Shown piece after piece: positions 49,625 to 63,400 of a DNA stretch of 64,000 nucleotides. The DNA is from Hamiltosporidium tvaerminnensis FI-OER-3-3. Taxonomy: Eukaryota; Fungi; Microsporidia. The notes under the pieces are model-generated. The model searched no databases and was not told the origin of the DNA. It saw nothing but the letters and a program-made list of their open reading frames with translations. The position numbers and the translations under genes are program-made. The stretch covers positions 496,001 through 560,000 of the forward strand of contig CM061248.1 in NCBI GenBank assembly GCA_022605425.2. Direction: 5' to 3'. Positions within the stretch are counted from its first letter, which is position 1; each line of letters begins with the position of its first letter.

Positions 49625-51465
49625 TTTTATTAAATAAAATTCTGGGTTAAAATATTTTACCATTTTTATATATTTTCTTCTACCTCTTTAATCACCTTTG
49701 TCTCTTCTTCCAAATCCGACTCTTTATTTATGTTATTGGTCGGTTCCTCTAAAGTGGTTCCTCCCTGTGAAATAAAGGGTGCTTTATTTTTTGGTTTAAA
49801 ATTTTTTGCACCATCTTCCTCTTTCTTCTCTTCTTTTAAAGAGGGTGTTGGTTCTTCATGCATCTCTGCTCTCATAAGAACACCTATTGACGCTCTCTCC
49901 CAGCTCTCTTCGGCATTTAGTCTTGACTCAAGTCCTCTTCGTCGATCAAAGGAAATTGTTTCGACTGTTTCTTAAGTACTATAGACTGAATGTATGCCTC
50001 TACATTCATGGGTATTTCCAGTCTTTTAAGATGAGATTTATGGTATTTTGTCACATTCCGTCCCAGGTCATCACATAAGGGATTATCTCAACACTGCACT
50101 TATAAATAAGACCCAACTCATTGGCTAGCAGGTCATACTTCCTAAGTTTTTAAGTTTCAACTATTTGAAGTGAATCCTGGGAAGTGATTCCATCTTCAAT
50201 AAGTGTTATCTTATTCTTCTTCTTATCTAAAATAAATATGTCGGGTCTGTTATTCCGAATTTTAACATCAGTTTTTATTCTAGTGTCCACTCTTATCTCT
50301 GCATACTCATTATCAAGAATGTCTAGAACTGAGTGACTCCTTATTTGTTTTAAAGACTTGAATTAATATTTATTTAGTAGGAGTAAGTATTTGCATTGTG
50401 CAACTTCATTATGTGGTCTAGTATAGTCACTCCAGGTATTTTCTCACATCTTGTTGCTAAGTAGTCTACCTTTAGACAGATTTAGTTGCTGCGTGTGAAA
50501 TATCTTCGGCACTCCGGCAATCTACTTCTATCCTATATAGAACAGAACACTGCTTCATCAGGGGGTCTTACACTTCCTTTCTTTAACCCTCCTGAAGAGT
50601 CATTTACACTTACCAGCTCGTTATTACTAGCTTTATAACATTGAATGTAGTTTTCGGTTTTTGATTTCGTTATATAGGTTAGCTAGTTGAGCTTTTTCCA
50701 AATTCTTCTTTGTGACTTCTTCTTCCAACTCGTATTTGATTTTTAAAAAGTTTTTTTTAGTGAAAAGTGGGTTTTATAATTATTTTCAACCTTTAGAATT
50801 GCTGCTCTTCTGGTCGATGTATTTTTATGTTTTTCAAGACAATCCAAGTGTTGCAAAATCATATTCGCTATTAAAGTCTACACTATATAAACTTCTTCAT
50901 AGTTCTTTACGGGGAAGGTATAGACGTTATTTACATCCTAGGCGTAGATGTATTTATTCTGTACTAGCAGTGCACGCATTGCATAATCTAACTTAAAGAA
51001 GTCAGTTGTTCAAGACAAGGTACTTCTATTTGGCAGTGGGTTGAAGATATCGGATGTTGATATTTTGCAGAAAATAATTTTTAGCATTTAATTTTGTTGC
51101 AAAAAAGTTTTTCTACTCGTGCTTTATGTTTTATTGTACTTCCTCGAACGACATACTTCTTGGGATTCCTCTGCTATTTTCTTTTGTTCTTAAGTATTTT
51201 TAATACCTTTTCATTGAAAAAGAGTGGCTGTATCTTCACAACACGGGTTTTTTGTAGCCGATTTTTCTTTGTTTATTTCAAATCGTATATTGTTCATTCA
51301 TCTCTTCCGTCATTTCCTTCAATGTTTGTCATCTTTTTCAGGGAGCTGAGATCATCAAATAATAATATTATTAGCCGCACGGGATTCTGCATCTGTCTTT
51401 TTTGTCAGCTTTGGGTTTTTTTCATTAAGCTTTCGGCTCCAAGATCAATACTCAATAAAAAGAAA
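49625..51465 (-). mobile_element. R4/Dong-like retrotransposon, longest copy, reaching the RT catalytic region
   Basis: 3' part is close to the other copies. The 5' part is more decayed, with LFDDL (~51355) and EINKEKSAT..CCEDTAT remnants. Confidence 0.85.
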
Positions 51466-51559
51466 TAAATACAAAAATTTATACAAAGAAAGAAAATATT
51501 TGGGTATTTTTATGAAGAAGTTGTAATAAAAGAGAATTTATATGGTTTTCTACATTTTT

Positions 51560-53310
51560 CAAACAATTAATCATATTTTTCATCATTTCAAGTCAAAAAA
51601 TATAATAACAAAAAATAATAGCATATTTTTTTTAGAAATTGATATAGTTAAGGAGTTCCCCAACATGTAAGAAATTTTGTTAAATTTATTGGACAAATAA
51701 TCAATAAAAAGACCAAGTGTTTGTCTCTTATTTAGCTTTCAACATTTTTGTATATTTTATTTTAAGAAATGTTTCTTCAAATAGATAGATTTTATTAAAA
51801 GCGTAAATAAAACTTCGAGAAAATGTATGAACTTGGTGTAAATACGAAGCTGAAAGACTCTTATCCAATTCAATTAATTTTGAATTCAATTATTTTTTTA
51901 AAAAGCATTTGTGCATTGCATATCTATTACTTACAATTAAACTCCGGTACTAGCCTTTAACGATCAGCCGAAAAGAGATTTAAAGAATTTAAATATGATT
52001 TTTTTGCAAAATGAAACCAGAAAAACTACATCAAAATATATTTTCAAAGTATCTAAAATTTTTATTACAGGTATTATAAACAGCTTCATTTTTTTTCACT
52101 AAATATTCCGCACCTATTTAAATGAATAAGACATTTGTTCGAGCCTTCGCGTAAAGAAGACTATTTTGATAGAATTTTTAAATATGATTCAAAATTCGGG
52201 TTCTGTCTTTTTTTATTTCTTTAAGATTTAAAATTATAATGCTTCAATAATTCAGTTAAATCCGTACAAAAAAACAACTTCCATACTCATTTATTGCTTT
52301 GTGAATCAGAAAGAAGCTGATTCATTTCAAAAAAAATTTCAATGATTGCAATAACTTTAAAACTGCATATAAATGTTTGTAGAGCAAGTTAGCGAACTGA
52401 ACTAGTCTGTTGTAAATTATATTCGGAAATTTCCTAAATTTACTCACGTAATTGACAAGTTTTAAGTACGTGCAATTCTATATAGTTGAAGGTTAAATGA
52501 CTGGTATATAAGCTGTGACAGTTTCAAGTATACTCCATACAACGATTTTTTAGAAATAATAAATGTATTATAAATGATTTTGAATATACGTAATTTCCTG
52601 ATTGAAAATATAAGAGTAACTAAAACATATTTTCCTCGCATTATATCTTTCCTTATTTAGTTGTAATATAATTTGAATATCACCTTCTATGATTTTTCGA
52701 CTTAATCAAAAATATCTTGTCTATTGGCCGTGCTTTGAATACTAAAAACATCTAATGGTTCTTTACAAACCTTCTATTTGTCAATAAAATTTTCGAATAA
52801 AATAAATTTTCAGTAATATTTGAAATGTCATTTAGCCCATCCAAAGCCAAATAAAACATATCCGAGGGTCTAATTTATATCGAATATAATGTCCATAACT
52901 CTTCTTGCTACTGTGTTTGGAGATAAACAAATCATTTAAAATGTATTAAACCTTCAAGGCAATATCCTCAAGATTTCTTCTTTGATACGATTTGAATAAT
53001 TCTAGTTCTTTAATTAGTTTACCATGTTTCCCAAAAAATTATTGTTACATAAAAATTTTATGTAGCTTACATCTTGTCCAGCTCTTAATTTCTATAATAA
53101 ATTATATTGAAATTTACGTCCTCGTTTTAAAGCTTGAAATTTCGTTCCTAAAATCTACAGACTATTCCGAGATTCAGAGAATGATTAGTTTAAGAAGAAG
53201 CATTTGATACTATTGATTCGCGAGATATGTAGTTTCCTCAGACAAAAATTGGATGTACTAAATAAAGCAAAAACAACACCACTTTTGTTTTTCCTTTCTG
53301 TATTCATTAT
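51560..53310 (-). pseudogene. Possible heavily decayed LRR-like family gene
   Basis: Short coding-like pieces on the minus strand (e.g. EISEYNLQQ, reminiscent of NISEKDLIF). No long ORF. Confidence 0.25.
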
Positions 53311-54329
53311 CTATTTTGTTTTTGTCGGTACGAATATTAAGTTAAATTAGGGAAATAAGAAAATACAACGCATTAGCTAGAGAGAATATCAAAATTTGTT
53401 TATGAAATGCAGGTTTGTTTCATGGTAATACGCTCTTAATCTTTTAAAAAGAAAGTTTATGTTTTGTCGAAGCCTTGCCAATCAAAAGAGGACATGTCTC
53501 TGAGACTCCTACCCTTAACGAAGCTCTAATTCCCCGTGGATTGTATTCCATCCATAAAGAAAGAAACAACCTAATATAAAAATAAAAAGAGATCACAGTA
53601 AGGTCCACCTACTAGATTTTAACTAAAAAAAATAAAGGAGCGTTTATTTAGCAGTTGAAGAACAACTAACACAACGTAAAGTTCATAAAAGAAGTGATCT
53701 TTATATCTCCTAAACCTCAAAGCCACAAAACTTTTTTTTGATAATTTAATATTGTACAATAATTTCTATTGCAGGTAATGATAAATCTGTTTAAAAAATA
53801 ACTAACCCATAATGCTATGTTATTTTTTTGATAAGCACGAACAGCCTAGCATATTAATCAAAACTCCAAACTTTAGATCTGAAAACCAGAAATATGAAGC
53901 CAAGCAGGAGAGAATGCATTTTATTTATCATCAGGTTTAATACTAGTCGAATTGCGTACTTGCAAGTCAATATAAGAATTTATAGAAAACCAGTCTTTAG
54001 TGTCGTTTCCTTGTTAAATCATGCAAAAAAAAACGTTTATTCTGATGCTATGGGTTACCATTCATTTTTAATCAAATATAAGAATAAAATAAAAACCACC
54101 TATCTTAAGAGCAATGGAGCAAGTGTTAAAAGAAATAGAATAAATAAAAAAATCATTCGCAAAGATATTCCTTTTTTTACAAGAAAACAGCAAAAAACCA
54201 TTAATTCTGTTTTTTTTTATGGTAATGTCGTGTAAGCTATACACAAATATTTATCTTTTTCTTACTATTTTAGAAAAATATTTATATTATTTTTAAGATT
54301 GTGTCGAGAATAACACTTTTAAAAACAAT

Positions 54330-55180
54330 CTGATGAAATTTGTATTTGAAACATGCAAAAATGATATCTAAAGATTTTTTTTAGAATGATAATCTCACTT
54401 AATATTCGGTATTTTATAAAAAACTATAAAGAGGAGAAGGTCTGCAGAATGCTAAAACTTTTTTCAAAAAGCATAGTTTATATTTTTTTTATAAAAATAA
54501 AATGAAGAAAACCATTGAACTTTATGATAATTGTAATGTAAAAGCATAGAGACCTAGCCTTCCTCCTTTAGATTAGGAGAAAGAGAGACAAAGAAACGCA
54601 GAAAAGTAATATTTTATAGAGCATGTAAAGCTAGTTTCCTTCACCATGCCGGGAAAGAATTGGCTTAGAGTATACTCTGCTTGTGTAAGACGCGACTAAA
54701 AGGGACCGGTCCCCCGGTTTGGGCATAAGGCTAACAACTCACCTTTTAAAACTACACTGTTACTAACCCCGAAAGAGTAGAAAACCCCCCTGGAAAAAAA
54801 CCAATGAGCGGTATTACTGAAGGACGGCCAAGGCTCGTGCAAGCGTGAATGTTGATGATAATTTGTAAAGCCACTTACTAGGTCATATCCCTTGATATGA
54901 CCTTGCAGCGTCTGGTAAACTTATAAAAACTTCCAAGATATATTTTAGCTGAAAATTTATTTGATTCCGTTTCATTAGAGTGATAAGATAGATTTAAAAT
55001 CCTGGGAGAACCCAGGTTTGATTTGGTCCTAGGAAACACTAAAGCAACAAAATTAACAAACTTTAGGCACTTCCCCTGTTTGTTTATTAAATTCCACGGA
55101 TTTTTAGATTAAAAGAAATATAATTTATGTTACTTAAGGAATAATGATATTTGTTAAAGTACAGTCATTGGTAAACCTCA
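54330..55180 (+). mobile_element. Highly diverged ~730-bp element with a nested RTE-derived SINE
   Basis: Collinear blocks gaggagaaggtct, atgtaaaagcat..acctagcctt, atatattttagctgaaaatttatt, cctgggagaacccagg. Boundaries approximate. Confidence 0.65.
54634..54863 (+). mobile_element. Bipartite RTE-derived SINE, second copy
   Basis: Collinear with 4863-5100. TSD tgtaaagcta (54624-54633) / tgtaaagcca (54864-54873). Ends in a gatgat-type tail. Confidence 0.8.
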
Positions 55181-56636
55181 AAACTGTGTCAATATAAAAA
55201 AAAATTTAGAAATTGCTACCTGTAGAAAATTATGTTAGTTTTTTAAAGAAAATTGAACTATCTAGCAGTTGTTAAAAAACTAATTATAAAGAAAAGGTAT
55301 GTTCTTCGTTCTTTCTAGTCCTCTTTAAAATATTTTCAAATCATAAGCATCTTTTGTGGTAAATTAAACCTGCCAATATAAAAGTAAATCATCATAATAT
55401 TTTAAAATTCCTAATCTTCTTTATGCTTTCTTTAAAAATAATCTTTAATTTGTTTTACATTTCGGGCGATTTTTGCTCTTTGGTTATTATCTATCTAATT
55501 TTTGGCACAAAATAAACAATTGGTTTAAAAAAATCACTTAAATACAAATATCTAGAACTTTTTAGCTGTCTATACCTACAGAGACTTGAATTTAGGAAAA
55601 GTGTTTTTTAATAAAAGATAGTATTCTGAATATACGAACAAGTCTATTAATACTTCTTAGTTTCACAAGGCAAATTATATATAATAAGTATAATAGCGAA
55701 TATTTTTAATTTTTCTTCGTTGACATTCTTATCCCGTTTTGTTTGGGTTTTCTGTGTAATTTTATAATCGTATTTTAGATTTCTCTTCACATAAATCTTC
55801 GAACGCTAACAAAAGCATTTAAAATTTTGTTTAAAGTAACGAATTTTACTTCTCGAAAACATGTCCTAATAACATAATAATTGCTGAATTTAAATTAGCT
55901 CAAGAAATGTAATTAAACAAATATAAATTTTATAATTTATAAGTGTGAGTAAACATAAAAATACTTTTAATATATAAACAAAATAGAAAATTCTTAGTAA
56001 AACTAGGTCATTAAAAAAAATATTAAAATTTTGTTTAAAAATATATTTAGTGTATTTCCCAAAGACTTGTTTTATTCATTTGTTAAATTTACGTTTCGAG
56101 AACATAAAATCTATACTATTACATTTTATCAACTTTCTTTACATTTTTTATACCATTATTTGCCATTCGATACAAAATCAAAACAAAAGAAAACTGTCAT
56201 TTCAAGAAATATCATTCTGATTCTAAAAATAATTAAATTTCGTATTTTTTATTGAGAGAAATTCTGCAAAAAATAAAAGAATCTAATTTTTAAAGAAATT
56301 CTAATATAAAACTTAAAAGAAATCTAAGTAACAGTCAATTATTGATATTTTAAATTGCAAAAAATGATCAACGTCGAAAAAAATATTCGTTCATTTAAAT
56401 TCTTAAAATAGTATTTTTATTCAATAAAATTTGACGTTTAGAAATACAACAATTGTTCATACCCTCACCTTTTAATTTAAAAACTTCTAAAACATTTTAT
56501 AAAATTTTAATTAATTGAGATTGATAGGACACATCATTTTTGAAGTTTTAAGAAACAAATCAAAATTTTTTTAACTAAAAACTAAAATAGTAAATTGATT
56601 TTAAAACTATAAACAGGTATTTTTTTTCTAAAATTT

Positions 56637-58964
56637 ATGAAATTTAATCGGTGCTTCAATCTCATAACGTTATTATACAAACCACTTATTTTTATGTTTA
56701 TCTATTATTCGATTGAAAGAGATATTATATTTAATGTTGTAAATGAAAATGAAGAGTCGTACATTGGTTCAATTATAAAAAAAATCAAACTTGAATGTTT
56801 ATGTCAAATCAAAAGAGATGAGACTAATGAAACTGACGAAAAAAACTGTTTAGAAAGAATGCTTGTCAGAGATTCAAATAGGCATTATGAACAGTATTGT
56901 ATAGAATATATTGAGAGAATTAGTCTTAAGTTTGATATATTCGAAAAGTTTAACAATATGAACAATTGTATAGAAATATTTCTCTGTCATCATATAAAGA
57001 AATCTGATTTTTTAATATTCTATGAGTTTATAATTTCATATTATTTACCGGTACATAAAATGACAATTAAGAAGTTTTACACAATATTGTATTTTTTAGA
57101 ATATTTTAGAGTTAAATATGATAATAAATTGAGGAATGCGGTGCAAAATATTTGGTGTTCTTTCATGGAATCCAATGAAATGAATAATTTCGAAATCAAA
57201 AACTTATCGTTTCATTTTTCAAAGCAAAATTATTTCTCACATGATTTATATAAAAAAATATCACAAGGATATTTTGAACTAGTGATTATCGAAAGGAATT
57301 CCAATTTTTCGTTTTTTATAAAAGAATCTGAATATTATGTTTCTAATATATATAACGGGATATTTAGGGAAGATAGAAAGCATACTTTAGTAATTAATTA
57401 AAATTTTGATACATTTTTTTATAAAAACGTGGTTGTGAATCATAAAAGTCAATGTTTATTTTTAATGTTTCTAAATACATTAGATATAAAATATTTGCAT
57501 ATAAAGTATTTAAACAGAGCGAATTCGAAGAGTTTTTGTTTTATTTTAGAAAATTTAAAAAAGATAGTTGATGAGACTGTATTCTTTGGGTGTTACATAT
57601 CTGATGAGGTAATTCGTTCTCTAAATGCAAATTTAAGTTTGGTAAATTTAAAAAAGATAGTTTTTATTAAATCTAAATTTGACACAAGTTTGATTTTTAC
57701 AGAGCATTTAAGTAATATAGAGGAATTTATATTTTATGAAGAACATTATTATAAAAGATATACAGTTCCTGAAATCAAAGAAGGGGATCTTAATATAGCA
57801 AAGTTTATAATACAAAGTCTGAAGCATATACACCCACAACATTCCATCGAAGAATTTATCAAGGAAAATGAAAATATATCAAAACAAAATAAAGATTTCT
57901 ATTTAAAATTACTTAATGAAGACAAATTTAGAGATAAAGTTAAAATAACTGAAAATTTTAAATGCAAGAATAAGAATTTGGAAGTCAAATGTTTTTATAA
58001 ATATAAAGGGTGCTTTAAAAATATTTCAATTACTCTCAAAAATTTTAATGAGAAACAGTTTTTTACTACCGAAAATACTATTTTAGAAGAAAATATTAAG
58101 TCTATTAAAATTTCATATTCTGAACTAAAATTCGATTTTCTAAGAGATATTTTCAATATAAAAAGACTAGAAAGATTAAAAATAGAATTTTCAAATATAT
58201 ATATTGAAAATGAAATTTTTATAAACGAATCTATAAAATATTTTAGATTCTCCCATAACAACAGTGGTAGTTTTTGTAGTTTTTTCAAGTTGATAGATAT
58301 GATGATAGGTCTTCAAGAAATATACTTTGATAAAACAAACACTATAAAGTTAAACCGTTCGGTAGATCAAATTGTTTATATTACAGAGTTAGATCTTTGG
58401 GATATTAATAAAATGATTGATTTTTTAAAACTTTCAGAAAAAAATGAAAAATTTAATTTTAAAGCCACAAATAAAGATATTTTGGATTCTGAATATCCTA
58501 TAGATTTCTTAAAGTTTTTATTTCAAAACTATGATATAAGCAGTATGAAGCAATTAAGTATTTTCGATTTTTCTATCAATAATTTAAATGTAAAATCACT
58601 TAGTAATTTATTGAGTCTAGAAAAATTAAATATTGTTAGAATTAATTTTCAAAATATTAGTTTTTCGGAATTATTTTGTGCCTCACGGGAATATAAAATA
58701 AAAAGAATGGGGTTAAACGGAATAAATATATCAGAAAAAGATTTAATATTTATTGGAAATTTAAAGAAGATTGCAGATATCAGATTGTGGAGCTGTGTTA
58801 TACAGGGAAATACTTACAACGAGATAAAAATGTTGTTTCTTAATGAGAATTACATTGAACTGAAATATAATACACGAGAGGATGGTCTAACAGAAGAAAC
58901 TATTAAATTTATAAAAGAGAAATTTAAAACGAAATATATTGTTATAAGGGAGTTATGGCGTTGA
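56637..58964 (+). pseudogene. Lineage-specific LRR-like family gene interrupted by a single in-frame TAA (57399-57401)
   Basis: The 254-aa and 511-aa ORFs are in the same frame, 27 bp apart. Hydrophobic N-terminus. LxxLxxLxI repeats (IKRLERLKI, LLSLEKLNI). Confidence 0.7.
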
Positions 58965-59404
58965 AAATATTTAAATAAATTTGTGCCTTTTAAAATTATA
59001 TGTAAATTATAGGTTTTAAGAATTTAAATTAAAATTTTACGGTATTTTTCATTTTTAGTCAATATCTAGGTTTAATCTGTAGAAAAAAAATAATTATGAA
59101 TATAATCAGTTTTCTAATAAAATTTCTGAAAATTTCTTATTAGCTACTTCTTTTCAATATGTATGAAAGACAATCTATATGTGAATTGGAGCTTTGTTAC
59201 CCTTTTTAAGGTGTGTCTCATGAAATTTTAAGGGCGGAAATTAAACGGTCTGTAACCAAAAGCAAATTTTTCTCATTCATAAAATAAACAATTTACTATT
59301 TGTAATAAATATGTTCCTCGTTTGGAATTTCTAATATATTGACACTTTATCTTTTTTTAGGAAATCAATGTTTTCATTCTTTTTAAAAAAATAATCTATT
59401 TAAA

Positions 59405-59708
59405 GGTGGATGTGGGATAATCACATATAAATAAAAGCATCTGCTTGGTAACTTGTATGTATGGGTTATAAGGAAATTTTTGTTTGGATTTTTGATACGA
59501 ATGATAAACAGGCTATATCTTTGACCATTTCTTAAAATTTGTATGAGGAAAAGATGATCTGCAAAATTATGTGGCTTTTTTCATGCGAAAAAGTTAGTAG
59601 TTTTTTATGTGGTTATCCTCCCTAATCCGGTATGAGTAATTATCTATGTTAAACCTAGAAGTTCTTAATGTCATAAAAAGAATATAACACAGGTCACCGT
59701 TTAAAATA
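59405..59708 (+). mobile_element. Rearranged remnant of the ~730-bp element
   Basis: Diverged head (gtggatgtgggataatcacat...ctgcttgg), an inverted head fragment ttttttatgtggttatcctccct (59601-59623) and tail tatgttaaacctagaa...aatgtcataaaa. Confidence 0.7.
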
Positions 59709-59891
59709 AGTAAGAATCATAAAAAAAATAAAAGATAAATAAAGAAATAAAAACTCTGGGATATGAATTAAAAAAACGAAAGGAAGAACCAAAGAATTAA
59801 CTCTCTCTACTAACTAATATCCTATCTCGTAATCTATTCATTTAACTTTTTTATTAACTTCTTATATGGTCTCACAAATCACTAATAACTC

Positions 59892-60420
59892 TCATATAAT
59901 CCTAATACCCCCCTTCTCTCTCTCTCTCCTAAAGTCAACAACAACCTCAGGAAAGTTATAACCATCAATATCAAACGGACACTCTACACCACAGTAAATA
60001 ATACCATCACCTTCTTTCTTACAACACAATTCACTTATAAAATTTTCTAAATAATTTTTAAACCTCTCATTATCATAAAACGTACAAAACACAACAGTAT
60101 CTCTTATTTTTACCATACTTATATCTACATTCCAAACCATTTTAAAATATTTTAATATTTTAGATAATTTACAGTCACCTAAGACAAAGCTATTCCAAAT
60201 AGTAAAGATAGTAGTATTAGTATTAACAGGGTGTAAAATACTAGTATTGGTAATAACAAGGTGTAAAGTATTAGTATTGATATTAACACTCTTATAATTA
60301 TCTATACTGTTACTAACAACCTCTAATCCATTACTGTCACTAACACCCTCTAATCCAGTTCTATCACTAAAAACCTCTAATCTATTACTATCTCTATCCA
60401 TACTATCTCCGTTATCACTC
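59892..60420 (-). pseudogene. UBA1: Orphan C-terminal ubiquitin-fold domain of ubiquitin-activating enzyme E1
   Basis: FTIWNSF...KILKYFK..WNVDISMV...VVFCTFY...ISEL...PEVVV follows the UBA1 UFD pattern (FTLWDRF..FLDYFK..LEITML..LYSFF). No adenylation domain upstream; an RTE begins at ~60430. Confidence 0.65.
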
Positions 60421-60429
60421 CGAACTTTA

Positions 60430-63400
60430 TATTTATTTATCCTCAGTGCTAAAATTTTACGAGCTGGCCTCCTTCAGTAATTTGGCTCACCAGTCTTTTT
60501 CTAGCGCAATATTCCACCAGTCTTCTACTCCCAGAAATCGTTCCGTCTTTTGATTTGATCAATCCAGCCAGTTCTCGGTCTTCCCACTTTCCTTTCCGAC
60601 TGGTATAAGGTTCGAAACTTTAGAAGGTATGCGATGTTCTCATTTTTAGCAGGTGTCTTACCCAGCGAAGTCTGTTCAAGCAGACTAAGTCTACTATTGG
60701 CATATACCTTAACTCAGTGTAGTGTTACCTGTTGTTTCGTTTCCCTCACCTGCATTTTCTTATTTAAGTTCATAAATATGTCTCAGTACTTTTCTTTCGA
60801 ACACCGCTTTTTTTTTCTCATCAATCTTCTTCACCACCCAAGATTCTGATCCATACATGAGAATAATTCGCAGCAGCGTTTTGTAGAGCATGACTTTTGT
60901 CTTTCTAGTGATGAGCTTAGACTTAGAGTGCTTGAAGGGACAATAATGGCACTTGTTCGCCACCTGAATTCTACTTTAAAATTCGTGAGAACTGCTGTTG
61001 TTAAGATCTATTCAGGATCCTAAATAGACAAAATCTTCTACTGTATAAAGATATAATCTCTGAACTTTAATTGTGGGAGTCTTCGGCTATTACTTAATGT
61101 CATTTATTGGTCTTGCGAATGTTAATAATCAGGTGCATCTTCTTGGCTGCAAATTCCAAGACTTTGAACCTCATTGCAGACTAGCTTCTAATCTTGCAAT
61201 AAGATCAATACCATCAGCGTAGGCTAGGATTTCAATTTGCCCGTTAAATTCAAGACTTTGATCTGTAGGCCTGAATCACGGACTACTTTCTCAGAAGCCT
61301 AATTATAAAGTAGCCAACCCAGTGAGGTCCCTGCTTTAGATCATCAAATGTTCTAACGGTTCTAACAGAGTAGAATGTAGTCTTATTCTGCAATTTGATC
61401 CAGAAATTGTCATTTTAGTCAATCTTATCAATTTATGGGGAATACTAAATTCTTTCATGGCACTGTAAAGCATTTTTCTATTGACTTTATCATAGGCTGC
61501 TTGCGTTCTATAAAAAGGTCCATAAAACTTATCTTATATTCCATTTTTTTTCCAAAATTTGTTTTGGTGAATAAATCAGGTCCGATGTCGATCTATCTAC
61601 CGGGAACCTGCATTGATATGCTCCAATGATGTTCTCTACACAAGATAGCAGTCGTCTAAAAATAACGCTAGAAAGAACTTTTTAGGTTTTGTTCGGAAGA
61701 GATATTACTCGGTAATTTTCACGATTCAGTGTGTGCCTTTTTTTGTAAATCAAAAAGACGAGACTTGTACCCCATTCTTTAGAAATTTTCTCTTCTTATC
61801 ATTTCTCTCTAAGTAAATGCGTCAGCTCATTAATGTAATTTCTACTAGCGTTTTTAAACTGTTCATACGAATTTAGTCTGTTTTTTGGCTTTAATATTTT
61901 TCAGTTTTTCCACGGCTTTATGTACTTCTTCATAAGAAGGCACAGTGTCTTCATGGCTACCAGTATCTTCTAATTCGTCAAACATTTGTCTGTGTCTGCT
62001 TGATTTCCGCATTCATCCAGTAATTCGAAAAAATTATCTGACCATATATTTATAATACCTTGAATGCCTCTTTAGGCTCACCAGTTTTACTTCCACAGCT
62101 GTTTGTTTTAGGAATGAAAGCTTTTCTGGTATTATTTACCTTTCTAAACATTTCTCTGCTAGATGTTTGGTATTATATTTCTGAATGAGATCTATTTGCT
62201 TTATCATGAACTTTCTCTTCTTAGCTCAGTGTATCTCTTTTCCTCATTTCTCAATCTATATATCTTTAAGTATCGACTCTAAACTACTTTTTTGTTTCAG
62301 AAAGCAATAGGCCTCATTCTTAGCTTTGGTTATGCTTGCACATTCCTCATCAAAGCATTCATTTCTTTTAATACTTCGCTTAAATCAAATGGATACACGG
62401 CCTGTTGCTACTATATTTTGTTTAAGCCTGTTCCAATGTCAGCTATATCTTCCTTAATCCGTTCTCTAACTATTCTTTTAGTTTTTGACTCATATATTTT
62501 CTTCCTTTTCTCATGTTTTAACATACAGGTGTTACATCCAACAGAACTAGTTCATTTTTGATTTCTGGTGTGTGAGATTATTGCTATTAGTTGTGCAACA
62601 AGGAGGAAATAATCCCTATCGATATTTGCACTGCATTGTACTCTAATATATTGTAAGATGGTGTTGTGACGTTTGATAATGTGTATATGATCTATTTGGT
62701 AGACCGTATCTTAGTCCGGGGTCGTTTAAGTACCCCTGTGTATGTTCCCACGATCCAAAAACTGTTCCCAAAATTAAATTTCCTCTTATTGCAAAATTAA
62801 GTAGTCGGAATCCATTTTCGGAATGCTCCTTATGTAAAGTATAATTTCTAATACTGCTACAGACATAATCTTTTCCTATTTTTGCGTCCATGTCTCCTAA
62901 CAGAAATCGAATGTATTTTCTAGGACAATCTTCATATACTTTCCCTAAGAGAGCATAAAAGGCTTTCTTTTCCTCTCCAGTTGAATCTTCTGCGAGAGCA
63001 TATGTATTGAGGATAATATAGTTCAATTTTTTTCTTTTATTTTGATTCTAGATTGCCTGGGTTTGTAGCTCAGAAAATCATTTACAAGCGGTTTTATTTT
63101 GTTTTCAACCATGAATTCTGTCCCCAGTAGGTGGTGTTTTCGTGACAGCTATAGTAGAGTGAAATGCTCTTCTTATTCACATTTCTTTTTCCTGTCGATT
63201 CAAGTTCTTGTGGGCCTACAATGACGATGTTACGTTGAGAGATCACATCAGACAGACACTCTGGGGCCTCGATCATATGTAGGGAACGCTAATTTCATGT
63301 TGCAAGTAGAATTTTGGTTTTTTGTTTAATTACGCTAACTATTTTTTGAATTTCCGTCTGAGTTTAATTAAGTTTTTGGGTTTCGTAACATGTTGGTTTT

